Shown in pieces: positions 31,822 through 39,638 of a DNA stretch of 64,000 nucleotides. The notes beneath the pieces are model-generated. The model saw only the letters and a list, made by a program, of their open reading frames with translations. It searched no databases and was not told where the DNA came from. The position numbers were made by a program, and so were the translations under genes. This DNA comes from a virus. Its lineage: Duplodnaviria; Caudoviricetes. Numbering within the stretch: the stretch's first letter is position 1; the number at the start of each line of letters is the position of its first letter. The stretch is taken from the IMG/VR virus record IMGVR_UViG_3300023174_005626, positions 45,483 to 109,482 of that record, one strand, 5' to 3'.

Positions 31822-31882
31822 CAATTACCAATATGAAGTCGTATATGGCGGATTATATGGAGGAGCAATAATAAAACGATAA
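31265..31882 (+). CDS. TylF/MycF-like sugar O-methyltransferase (copy 2)
   Basis: Same motifs as copy 1; tandem paralogue. Confidence 0.8.
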   Translation: MINTNPNIDSCTLETLCSVIQNYNLVGDVLEFGTCTCQSAIQLATSLPEKTIFTIDHFKGLEKTNKPLPFTSDWSEGSFALGAWNAIGEDFPRTIEEAKRKLSTRPNITLILSDIHKLTEPADYNIKKIAICNVDVDIYEPTVSSLEFLTKCEWSEVFIRFDDWHGGESEYDQHERLAFTEWIEKYNYQYEVVYGGLYGGAIIKR

Positions 31883-31884
31883 AA

Positions 31885-32718
31885 ATGGAAAAAAAATTAA
31901 TTAGAAAAGTATCTGATTGGTGGGGTGAATATGATTGTTCATCAAACCGTAACATGCCAAAACACATTCAATGGCTATCAAGAGACACCGAAACACCACA
32001 CGAAGTGAGTGTTTATGTTGATAACTACATCAAAGATTGGGGATTCAATGACCCAAAAAGAGATAAGATTGGGTGGTTATTAGAATCACCTCAAATGAAT
32101 GAAGGTACCATCAAATATCTCGTTGACAACATTGATATGACAAGAGAACATTTCAAATGGATTTTCACTTGTATGGATAGTCTTATTGAATTAGGAGCTC
32201 CATTTGTATATAACATTTCAAATGCAGTTCCTTGGATTTGGGAAAAAAACAGAGCAATTCATCCTAAAACTAAATTGGTATCAATGATTGCATCTAACAA
32301 AGGATGGTTACGTGGACACCAAAATAGATTACAGTGGGTTGAAAGATTGAAAGATAAAGTTGACTTATTTGGTTCAGGAAGACCAAATCAATTAAACGAT
32401 AAAGAAGATGGGTTAAGAGATTATATGTTTTCAGTAGCAATTGAAAATGATGACTCAGACACTTATTTCACAGAAAAATTAACTGACTGTTTTGCCATGG
32501 GTACTGTACCAGTATATTATGGTTCAAGAAAAGTTGTTGAAAAATACTTTGACCCAACTGGTGTTATTTTCTTAGAAGATGATGCTGACTTGTCAACATT
32601 GACACCAGAAAAATATCAATCATTAATGCCAGCAATTGAAAGAAATTTTGTTGCAGCAAATAATCTACCTGTATCTGAAGACTACATGTGGGAAAATTAT
32701 CTAAAAAATTTATTTTAA
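31885..32718 (+). CDS. GT10 alpha-1,3-fucosyltransferase-like
   Basis: YMFSVAIEND...YFTEKLTDCFAMGTVPVYYG matches the GT10 donor-binding motif. Confidence 0.8.
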   Translation: MEKKLIRKVSDWWGEYDCSSNRNMPKHIQWLSRDTETPHEVSVYVDNYIKDWGFNDPKRDKIGWLLESPQMNEGTIKYLVDNIDMTREHFKWIFTCMDSLIELGAPFVYNISNAVPWIWEKNRAIHPKTKLVSMIASNKGWLRGHQNRLQWVERLKDKVDLFGSGRPNQLNDKEDGLRDYMFSVAIENDDSDTYFTEKLTDCFAMGTVPVYYGSRKVVEKYFDPTGVIFLEDDADLSTLTPEKYQSLMPAIERNFVAANNLPVSEDYMWENYLKNLF

Positions 32719-32719
32719 T

Positions 32720-33535
32720 ATGAAATATCTAGTACTTGGCTCATCAGGGCAAATTGGAGCAGAACTTTGTAAATTTTTAAAGAAAGAAGGTCACGAAGTT
32801 TTAACATTTGATATAGAAAACGATTCTATACAAGATTTAAGAATTAAAGGAATTGTTGATTCACACATTAACGAAGCAGATTTTGTGATGTTTTTAGCGT
32901 TTGATGTTGGTGGTTCAAGATATTTGAAAAAATATCAAAACACTTATGACTTTATTGATAATAATGCTAAACTTATGGTTCATACATTTAACTCGTTGAA
33001 ATCATACAGAAAACCATTTATTTTTGCATCATCTCAGATGTCCAACATGTCATATTCCCCATACGGGATTGCAAAGGCTTTAGGTGAATCTTACACAAGA
33101 GCGTTAGGAGGTATCACAGTTAAGTTTTGGAATGTTTATGGTCCTGAACACAATTTAGAAAAATCTCACGTAATTACTGACTTTATCTTAAAGGCAAACA
33201 ATTATGGACACATTACCATGATGACCGATGGAACCGAACAAAGACAATTCTTACACGCTGAAGATTGTTCAAATGCATTGATGATTCTTTCTCAAAAATA
33301 TAATGAAATAGATAGAGACAAAGAATTACACATTACAAATTTTAAGTGGGAGTCTATTCTTGAAGTTGCATTAATTATTAGCGAAGAAATACCTTGTAGA
33401 ATTACTCCAGGGAAAGATACTGATACAGTTCAACTCAATAAAAGAAATGAACCAGACCCTTATGTTTTGAATTTTTGGGAACCAAAGATTTCATTAAGAG
33501 AGGGTATAAAAAGAATAATTAATGAAATGATATGA
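32720..33535 (+). CDS. NAD-dependent nucleotide-sugar epimerase/dehydratase (extended SDR)
   Basis: GSSGQIG, FASS, YGIAK, NVYGP, RQFLH. Confidence 0.85.
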   Translation: MKYLVLGSSGQIGAELCKFLKKEGHEVLTFDIENDSIQDLRIKGIVDSHINEADFVMFLAFDVGGSRYLKKYQNTYDFIDNNAKLMVHTFNSLKSYRKPFIFASSQMSNMSYSPYGIAKALGESYTRALGGITVKFWNVYGPEHNLEKSHVITDFILKANNYGHITMMTDGTEQRQFLHAEDCSNALMILSQKYNEIDRDKELHITNFKWESILEVALIISEEIPCRITPGKDTDTVQLNKRNEPDPYVLNFWEPKISLREGIKRIINEMI

Positions 33536-34626
33536 AAAAAATAGTAGTATTAGGTGGAGGTGGATTCATCGGAGGACACCTTGCAAAAAGATTAAAAGAA
33601 GAAGGTAATCACGTTAGAATCTGTGATATTAAAAAACACGAATACTTCTTTCAAGATGAAATATGTAACGAGTTTATTTTAGGGGATTTAACAGACCCTA
33701 AGGTCGTAGATTTAGTCATTGAAGAGGGAGTTGATGAAGTATATCAATTAGCTGCTGACATGGGTGGAGCTCTTTATATCTTTACTGGTGAGAACGACGC
33801 AAATCTTATGCACAACTCAGCAACCATCAACCTAAACGTATCAAGAGAATGTGTTAAGAAAAAAGTTGGAAAAGTATTTTATTCTTCTTCGGCTTGTATG
33901 TATCCTGAACACAACCAACTTGACCCATTAAATCCAAACTGTGAAGAAAGTTCCGCATATCCTGCGAACCCAGATTCAGAATACGGATGGGAAAAATTAT
34001 TCTCTGAAAGAGTATTTTTGGCATACCATAGAAACTACGGATTAAATGTAAGAATTGCAAGATTCCATAACATATTTGGGCCGCAAGGTACTTGGAAAGG
34101 TGGTCGAGAAAAATCGCCAGCAGCAATGTGTAGAAAAGTCGCTGAAGCTAAAGACGGAGATATTATTGAAGTGTGGGGTAACGGTATGCAAACACGTTCA
34201 TTCTTATATGTTGAGGAATGTGTTGAGGCAGTTCTAAGATTAATGAACAGTGACTTCACTGGACCTGTTAATATTGGTAGTGAAGAAATGGTAACAATCA
34301 ACCAACTTGCTGGAATGGCAATTGCAATTTCTGAAAAGAATTTAGAAATCAAAAACATTGATGGAGAAGAATTTGTTCAAAAATATGGATTCAAATGTCC
34401 ATTAGGTGTTAAAGGTAGAAATTCAGATAATAAACTTTACCGAGAAAAAATTGGATGGGAAGTTAGTCAACCACTTTCAATTGGGCTAAAAAAGACTTAT
34501 AATTGGATTAAGTCACAAGTTGACCATGTAGAACTTAACACTCCTTGGATTTATGAAAGTCCTGATGGTGGTAATTCAATCTACAGAAGAGAACCAGGTA
34601 GTTTAGAAAAACAAAAAATTAAATAA
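33532..34626 (+). CDS. GDP-mannose 3,5-epimerase-like
   Basis: GGGGFIGGHL, QLAADMGG, YSSSACMYPE, YGWEK, RFHNIFGP.GTWKGGREKSPAAMCRK, GVKGRNSDN closely match GME. Confidence 0.85.
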   Translation: MKKIVVLGGGGFIGGHLAKRLKEEGNHVRICDIKKHEYFFQDEICNEFILGDLTDPKVVDLVIEEGVDEVYQLAADMGGALYIFTGENDANLMHNSATINLNVSRECVKKKVGKVFYSSSACMYPEHNQLDPLNPNCEESSAYPANPDSEYGWEKLFSERVFLAYHRNYGLNVRIARFHNIFGPQGTWKGGREKSPAAMCRKVAEAKDGDIIEVWGNGMQTRSFLYVEECVEAVLRLMNSDFTGPVNIGSEEMVTINQLAGMAIAISEKNLEIKNIDGEEFVQKYGFKCPLGVKGRNSDNKLYREKIGWEVSQPLSIGLKKTYNWIKSQVDHVELNTPWIYESPDGGNSIYRREPGSLEKQKIK

Positions 34627-34627
34627 A

Positions 34628-35008
34628 ATGGTAACAGTTCCTGTTAGTGTTGGAGAAATGATTGATAAGTTATCAATCCTCCAAGTAAAAAAGAATAATG
34701 TAAAAGATGAAAACAAATTAGTCTTCATCAACAAAGAGTTTGAATTACTTTATAATTTTTCTTCAGAGTATCTTAGTAATTTAGAAACAGAATCAATTTA
34801 TCACAGATTGGTTGAAGTCAATTCTAATCTTTGGGAGGTTGAAGACAAATTAAGAATCATGGAAAAAGAACAAAGATTTGATGATGAATTTATATCCTTA
34901 GCAAGGAAAGTATATTTTACGAATGATGAAAGATTTACATTAAAAAATGAAATTAATCTAATAACGGATTCAGAAATCCGAGAGATTAAAGATTATGTAA
35001 AGTATTAA
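34628..35008 (+). CDS. DUF6165-like protein
   Basis: VPVSVGEMIDKLSIL...LWEVEDKLR...ARKVYFTNDER...EIKDY. Confidence 0.7.
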   Translation: MVTVPVSVGEMIDKLSILQVKKNNVKDENKLVFINKEFELLYNFSSEYLSNLETESIYHRLVEVNSNLWEVEDKLRIMEKEQRFDDEFISLARKVYFTNDERFTLKNEINLITDSEIREIKDYVKY

Positions 35009-35025
35009 ATAATAAAAAAATATTA

Positions 35026-35760
35026 ATGGGTAAAACAACCAGAAGACAACCGACTCAAACTCCCACTCAAGAAGAGGGAATCGTCAAAACAAAAAAACAA
35101 TTAATTTGTTCAATTGTAAAAAAGAAAACTAAACAAAAATTTTTATCTGAAAGTCAAAGAATTTATTACGAAACATTATTATCAAACCAAATAACAATTT
35201 GTTCAGGCCCAGCAGGTGTTGGTAAAAGTTATATTGCAATGAAATGTGCTGTAGACTTATTAGTTGACCCTGAAACACCATTTGAAAAAATTATTATTGT
35301 TAGACCAGCAGTTGAAGCAGAAGAAAAACTTGGAAGTTTGCCTGGCGGTGTTGAAGAAAAATTAGACCCTTATATATTCCCATCATATTATCTTTTAAAT
35401 AAAATAATTGGTAAAGAATCAAGAGAAAAATTGAAAGATATTGAAGCGATTGAGGTTTTTGCGTTAGCTTACATGAGAGGAATGAATATAGATAATTCAA
35501 TTCTTATTTTTGAAGAGGCACAAAACTCAACTCCAAGTCAAATGAAACTCTTATTAACAAGGATTGGTTTCAATTCAAAATTTTTTATATCAGGTGATTT
35601 AGAACAATTTGATAGGCACAAAGATAAAACACAAACAGGATTGTGGGACGCATTGAAAAAATTCCAAAACATGAACGATATTGGTGTTTTTGAATTTAGT
35701 CCTGAGGACATTGTTAGAAATCCGTTGATTTCAGACATATTAAAAAGATACGAAGAATGA
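35026..35760 (+). CDS. phoH: PhoH-family ATPase
   Basis: GPAGVGKS, RPAVEAEEKLGSLPG, YMRG, EEAQN, GDLEQFD, DIVRNPLI. Confidence 0.93.
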   Translation: MGKTTRRQPTQTPTQEEGIVKTKKQLICSIVKKKTKQKFLSESQRIYYETLLSNQITICSGPAGVGKSYIAMKCAVDLLVDPETPFEKIIIVRPAVEAEEKLGSLPGGVEEKLDPYIFPSYYLLNKIIGKESREKLKDIEAIEVFALAYMRGMNIDNSILIFEEAQNSTPSQMKLLLTRIGFNSKFFISGDLEQFDRHKDKTQTGLWDALKKFQNMNDIGVFEFSPEDIVRNPLISDILKRYEE

Positions 35761-36368
35761 AAATAGGAATAGAAATTAATGGAGTACTAAGAGACACTCT
35801 GAAAAAAGTTCAACAAGAGTATGAAAAGTGGTACCTCAATGAAAATTTGAAGGAACTGAAACTAATTGAGGATGACCCGACCATTGAAAGAAAGATAATA
35901 TCAGATGTTACTTCATTAGAATTAACCAAACATTTATCATTTAAAGATGAAAACGAAGTTTATAATTTTCTATACAAAGAACATACCATGGAAATTTTTG
36001 GTCATGCAGGTTCTGTTGAGTATAATGGGATGAGTGATTTAAATGATTTTTATTTTGATATGAGAGATTCTCACGAAATCATTATTGTTTCTGATGAAAT
36101 TGGAAAATCAAAACCAGCATCTCTATTCTTTTTAGCTAAGTTTGGTTGTTTAGTTGAAAACATTAAATTTTATAGTGAAATTACAATTAATTCATTATGG
36201 GATTCAATAGACATTTTACTTACAGCAAATCCTAATCTATTATTAAATCACCCAACAAATAAACGAGTAATAAAATTTAATACTGATTACAACTCCAACA
36301 TTAAAGTTGAGAATGAAATATCAAGTATGAAAGAACTCAAAACAAAAATAGAACAAATATATGCTTAA
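35757..36368 (+). CDS. HAD-fold 5'(3')-nucleotidase-like protein with degenerate active site
   Basis: IGIEINGVLRD in place of DxDGV. Confidence 0.55.
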   Translation: MKIGIEINGVLRDTLKKVQQEYEKWYLNENLKELKLIEDDPTIERKIISDVTSLELTKHLSFKDENEVYNFLYKEHTMEIFGHAGSVEYNGMSDLNDFYFDMRDSHEIIIVSDEIGKSKPASLFFLAKFGCLVENIKFYSEITINSLWDSIDILLTANPNLLLNHPTNKRVIKFNTDYNSNIKVENEISSMKELKTKIEQIYA

Positions 36369-36642
36369 TGTTTTAGGAGAAAATTATTATGTAGATTTAG
36401 ATGCCATTGAAGAGTATCTTGATATGACTGATGAAGTATCTATCGAACCAACAAGTGGTACAACAGAAATGAGAATTAATATCATAAAATTTGAAATGGT
36501 TAAAATGATGTTAGAAACTGTATTATCAGAACACGACGATGTTGATGAGAGTTTAGGTATAAAATCATCTACAAAAACAAGTATCCCTTTCAAAATTGCA
36601 TTTAACAGTTTATTAAATAAAAACCTTATCAATCATTATTAA
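36361..36642 (+). CDS. Hypothetical protein
   Basis: 93 aa, coupled in operon. Confidence 0.65.
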   Translation: MLNVLGENYYVDLDAIEEYLDMTDEVSIEPTSGTTEMRINIIKFEMVKMMLETVLSEHDDVDESLGIKSSTKTSIPFKIAFNSLLNKNLINHY

Positions 36643-36643
36643 T

Positions 36644-37696
36644 ATGGAAAATACATTAAAAGAAAAAGTACTTAAATCCATTGAAGTATTAAAAAACAAA
36701 CAAGCAAGAATTTATTTCCTAACACAAGATACAAAAGGAAATGCAAAAGCTTCTGTTAGATTTATATACCAAGTAGCAAAAACACTAAAAGATGCAGGAT
36801 TCAATCCAATCATCTTACACGAAAAAAACGACTATGCTGGTGTTGCAAAATGGCTTGGCGAAGAATATATGAATATTCCTCACAGAGTTATTGAAGGTCA
36901 AAATTTAGAAATATCTCCTGAAGATTTTTTAATTATTCCTGAAATTTTTGGTTTCATGATGGAACAAGTTAAACAATTGCCTTGTGCTAAGGTTGTTTTG
37001 GCACAGTCTTACGCTTACATTGTTGAAACTCTACAACCAGGTCAAAACTGGGCACAATATGGTTTCTTTAAATGTTTAACAACAACAAATAATCAAAAGG
37101 ACTATATTGAAAGGGTAATGAGACAATCAACGTGTGATGTTATCAAACCTTATATCTCAGAAAACTTCCACCCTAAATCACAACCACCAATGCCAATTGT
37201 TGGTGTTCATACTAAAGAACAAAGTGACGCAATTAACATTATTAAAACATTTTATTTAAAATTCCCTCAATATAGATGGTTTACATTTAGAGATTTGAGA
37301 GGACTTACAGAAGTTGAGTTTTCTAATTCACTAAGAGATTGTTTTGTTAGTGTTTGGATTGATGACGAAAGTGGATTTGGTACATTCCCATTAGAATCTA
37401 TGAAATCTAATGTTCCTGTAATTGGAAAAGTTCCAAACTTGCCAGCAGAGTGGATGACTGAAGAAAATGGTATTTGGATTACAGACAAAACTTTATTCGC
37501 AGATGTAATTGCAGACTTTATTCAAAATTGGTTAGAAGATAATATCAAACCTGAAATGTATGAAGAAATGAAAAAGACATCAGACAAATACTCAAATAAA
37601 CAAGAATTTGAAAGTTCTGTGACAACTTTATTCTCAAAGTTTTTAAGTAACAGAGCAGATTCATTTGAAGAACAAATCATTAAAACAGAAGAATAA
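36644..37696 (+). CDS. GT-B glycosyltransferase-like
   Basis: DFLIIPE, DDESGFGTFPLESMKSNVPVIG (GT4-type E-x7-E-like motif). Confidence 0.7.
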   Translation: MENTLKEKVLKSIEVLKNKQARIYFLTQDTKGNAKASVRFIYQVAKTLKDAGFNPIILHEKNDYAGVAKWLGEEYMNIPHRVIEGQNLEISPEDFLIIPEIFGFMMEQVKQLPCAKVVLAQSYAYIVETLQPGQNWAQYGFFKCLTTTNNQKDYIERVMRQSTCDVIKPYISENFHPKSQPPMPIVGVHTKEQSDAINIIKTFYLKFPQYRWFTFRDLRGLTEVEFSNSLRDCFVSVWIDDESGFGTFPLESMKSNVPVIGKVPNLPAEWMTEENGIWITDKTLFADVIADFIQNWLEDNIKPEMYEEMKKTSDKYSNKQEFESSVTTLFSKFLSNRADSFEEQIIKTEE

Positions 37697-37697
37697 T

Positions 37698-38504
37698 ATG
37701 GAAAATAAATTATCATTATCAGTTATACTACCAATTAAGTCAGCAAAAGCAAAAGACTTTGACGAACTTTTTGGAAAAGCAATTAATTCTTTAAAAGAAC
37801 AAAAAGTTGATTTTGAAGAATTAGTAATCGTCCATACTCAAGAAGAAACTTTAATTAGTGTTTTAGATAACTATGACTTTGGAAATATAAATGTTACCAA
37901 AGTATTATGGGATAAAGAACCAAACTATGCATCACAAGTAAATTATGGTATTGAAAAAGCAAAAGGTACTTGGGTTTCACTATTTGAATTTGATGATGAA
38001 TACTCATCAATTTGGTTTAAAAATATAAAAAAATATTCAGAATCATATCCCGATGTTCAAATGTTCTTACCTGTAGTTGTTGAGGTTGATGAAAAAGGGA
38101 TGTTTGCAGGATTCACTAATGAGGCAACTTTTGCGGCAAATTTTAGTCAAGAAATGGGATTCTTAACTAATGAAACTTTACAAGATTATCAAAACTTTCA
38201 AACCGCAGGTTCTGTTTTTAAGAAATCTGTGATTGAAGATTTTGGTGGGTTTAAATCATCAATAAAATTAACCTTTGTTTACGAATTTTTATTAAGATTA
38301 TCTTATAATTCTGTATCAATCATGACAATACCTAAGTTAGGATATAAACATGTTAACATGAGAGAAGGTTCAATATTTTGGACATATAAGAACGGAGAAA
38401 ACAAAATGATTGAGGACGAAGTTAAGTTTTGGATTCAAACTGCAAAGAAAGAATATTTTTTTACTGACGATAGAGTCATAAAATACCAATCAGAAAATGC
38501 ATAA
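37698..38504 (+). CDS. GT2-like glycosyltransferase
   Basis: LSVILPI, VNYGIEKAKGTWVSLFEFDDEY; likely start 37698. Confidence 0.75.
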   Translation: MENKLSLSVILPIKSAKAKDFDELFGKAINSLKEQKVDFEELVIVHTQEETLISVLDNYDFGNINVTKVLWDKEPNYASQVNYGIEKAKGTWVSLFEFDDEYSSIWFKNIKKYSESYPDVQMFLPVVVEVDEKGMFAGFTNEATFAANFSQEMGFLTNETLQDYQNFQTAGSVFKKSVIEDFGGFKSSIKLTFVYEFLLRLSYNSVSIMTIPKLGYKHVNMREGSIFWTYKNGENKMIEDEVKFWIQTAKKEYFFTDDRVIKYQSENA

Positions 38505-39251
38505 ATGCAAGAAACTCTATCTGCACAAACAGAAGATGTTTCATCCAAAAAAAGAGGTAGAAAGGCAGTCAAAGAAAATTATTTTGATGTAAGAGAAGAA
38601 ACCGCAGTTAGAAAATTTTTAATTGCTGAAACCTCATACGAAAAAAACAAAATATATAATGAATTCTTAAGAGCTCCTCTTGATAAGATGATTTCATCAA
38701 TTATAAGACGTTACAAATTGTATCGTAAAGATATGGATTTTATTGAAATTCATACAGACACACATTCTTTTTTGATGACTAAGGTTGATAAATTCAAACC
38801 AGACAAAAACAAAAAAGCATATTCATATTTTGGAACGATTTGTAAAAATTATTTAATGGGTCAAATCATTAAAGACCAAAAAGAAACAAATCGTAAAATT
38901 TCATATGAAGACATTTCTTCAAGTATTGAAGAGAGACCTGACATGATTTATCGTATAGACGACGATATTGTTGAAACTGATGTTATAATAACTCAATACC
39001 TTAAAGAACTCAAAGATTTCATTGAAACTGAATCATTGAACGATAATGAAAAAAAATTAGGTTACGCATTAATTGATTTATTTGACAATTACGAAACTAT
39101 ATTTTCAGGTGCAGATAATAACAAATTCAATAAAAATGTCATACTACTTTCATTAAGAGAAATGACAAATCTTAGTACAAAAGAGATAAGAAGTTCAATA
39201 AAAAGATTCAAAAAACTTTATTTAGTTATTCAACATAAAATGAAAAACTAA
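38505..39251 (+). CDS. gp55-like (late) RNA polymerase sigma factor
   Basis: DKFKPDKNKKAYSYFGTICKNYL resembles the region-2 motif of T4 gp55-like sigma factors. Confidence 0.65.
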   Translation: MQETLSAQTEDVSSKKRGRKAVKENYFDVREETAVRKFLIAETSYEKNKIYNEFLRAPLDKMISSIIRRYKLYRKDMDFIEIHTDTHSFLMTKVDKFKPDKNKKAYSYFGTICKNYLMGQIIKDQKETNRKISYEDISSSIEERPDMIYRIDDDIVETDVIITQYLKELKDFIETESLNDNEKKLGYALIDLFDNYETIFSGADNNKFNKNVILLSLREMTNLSTKEIRSSIKRFKKLYLVIQHKMKN

Positions 39252-39269
39252 TTAAAACTATTTATAGGT

Positions 39270-39635
39270 ATGCCAAGACCACAAAGAAAAGAAATTAATT
39301 TTACTAAAGATTCTATTTTAGCTCTTATGCAAGAAATTTATAATGAACTTGTAGAACAAAGACAAACCGCGATAAGAATCCAAAATAAAATGTTATCTAT
39401 GTTAAAGGACCCAGAGGATATGACAACTATCGGGCCAGTTATTGAAAAACAACAAAAAATTGTCAACGAATGTGTTGAAAAGAAAATTAGTCTTTCAAAA
39501 CTTCAATCAGGCATTTGGGAAAAATCAAACAATAATACTGAATCATTTTCTCTTGCCGATTTAGATGATGATTTAATTCAAAATCTTATAGAGAAAGATA
39601 TTTCCAATGATGAGGAAACTTATAAAATGAGATAA
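39270..39635 (+). CDS. Hypothetical coiled-coil protein
   Basis: 121 aa; TATTTAT 4 nt upstream. Confidence 0.6.
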   Translation: MPRPQRKEINFTKDSILALMQEIYNELVEQRQTAIRIQNKMLSMLKDPEDMTTIGPVIEKQQKIVNECVEKKISLSKLQSGIWEKSNNNTESFSLADLDDDLIQNLIEKDISNDEETYKMR

Positions 39636-39638
39636 GAT

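Noticed and set aside
23494-38504. GT cluster as DNA-hypermodification machinery
   Set aside because: No hydroxymethylase, TET/JBP or base-modifying enzyme in the window, and GT10/11/25/60 act on glycans or proteins; not fully excluded for the GT-B next to the exonuclease and dUTPase
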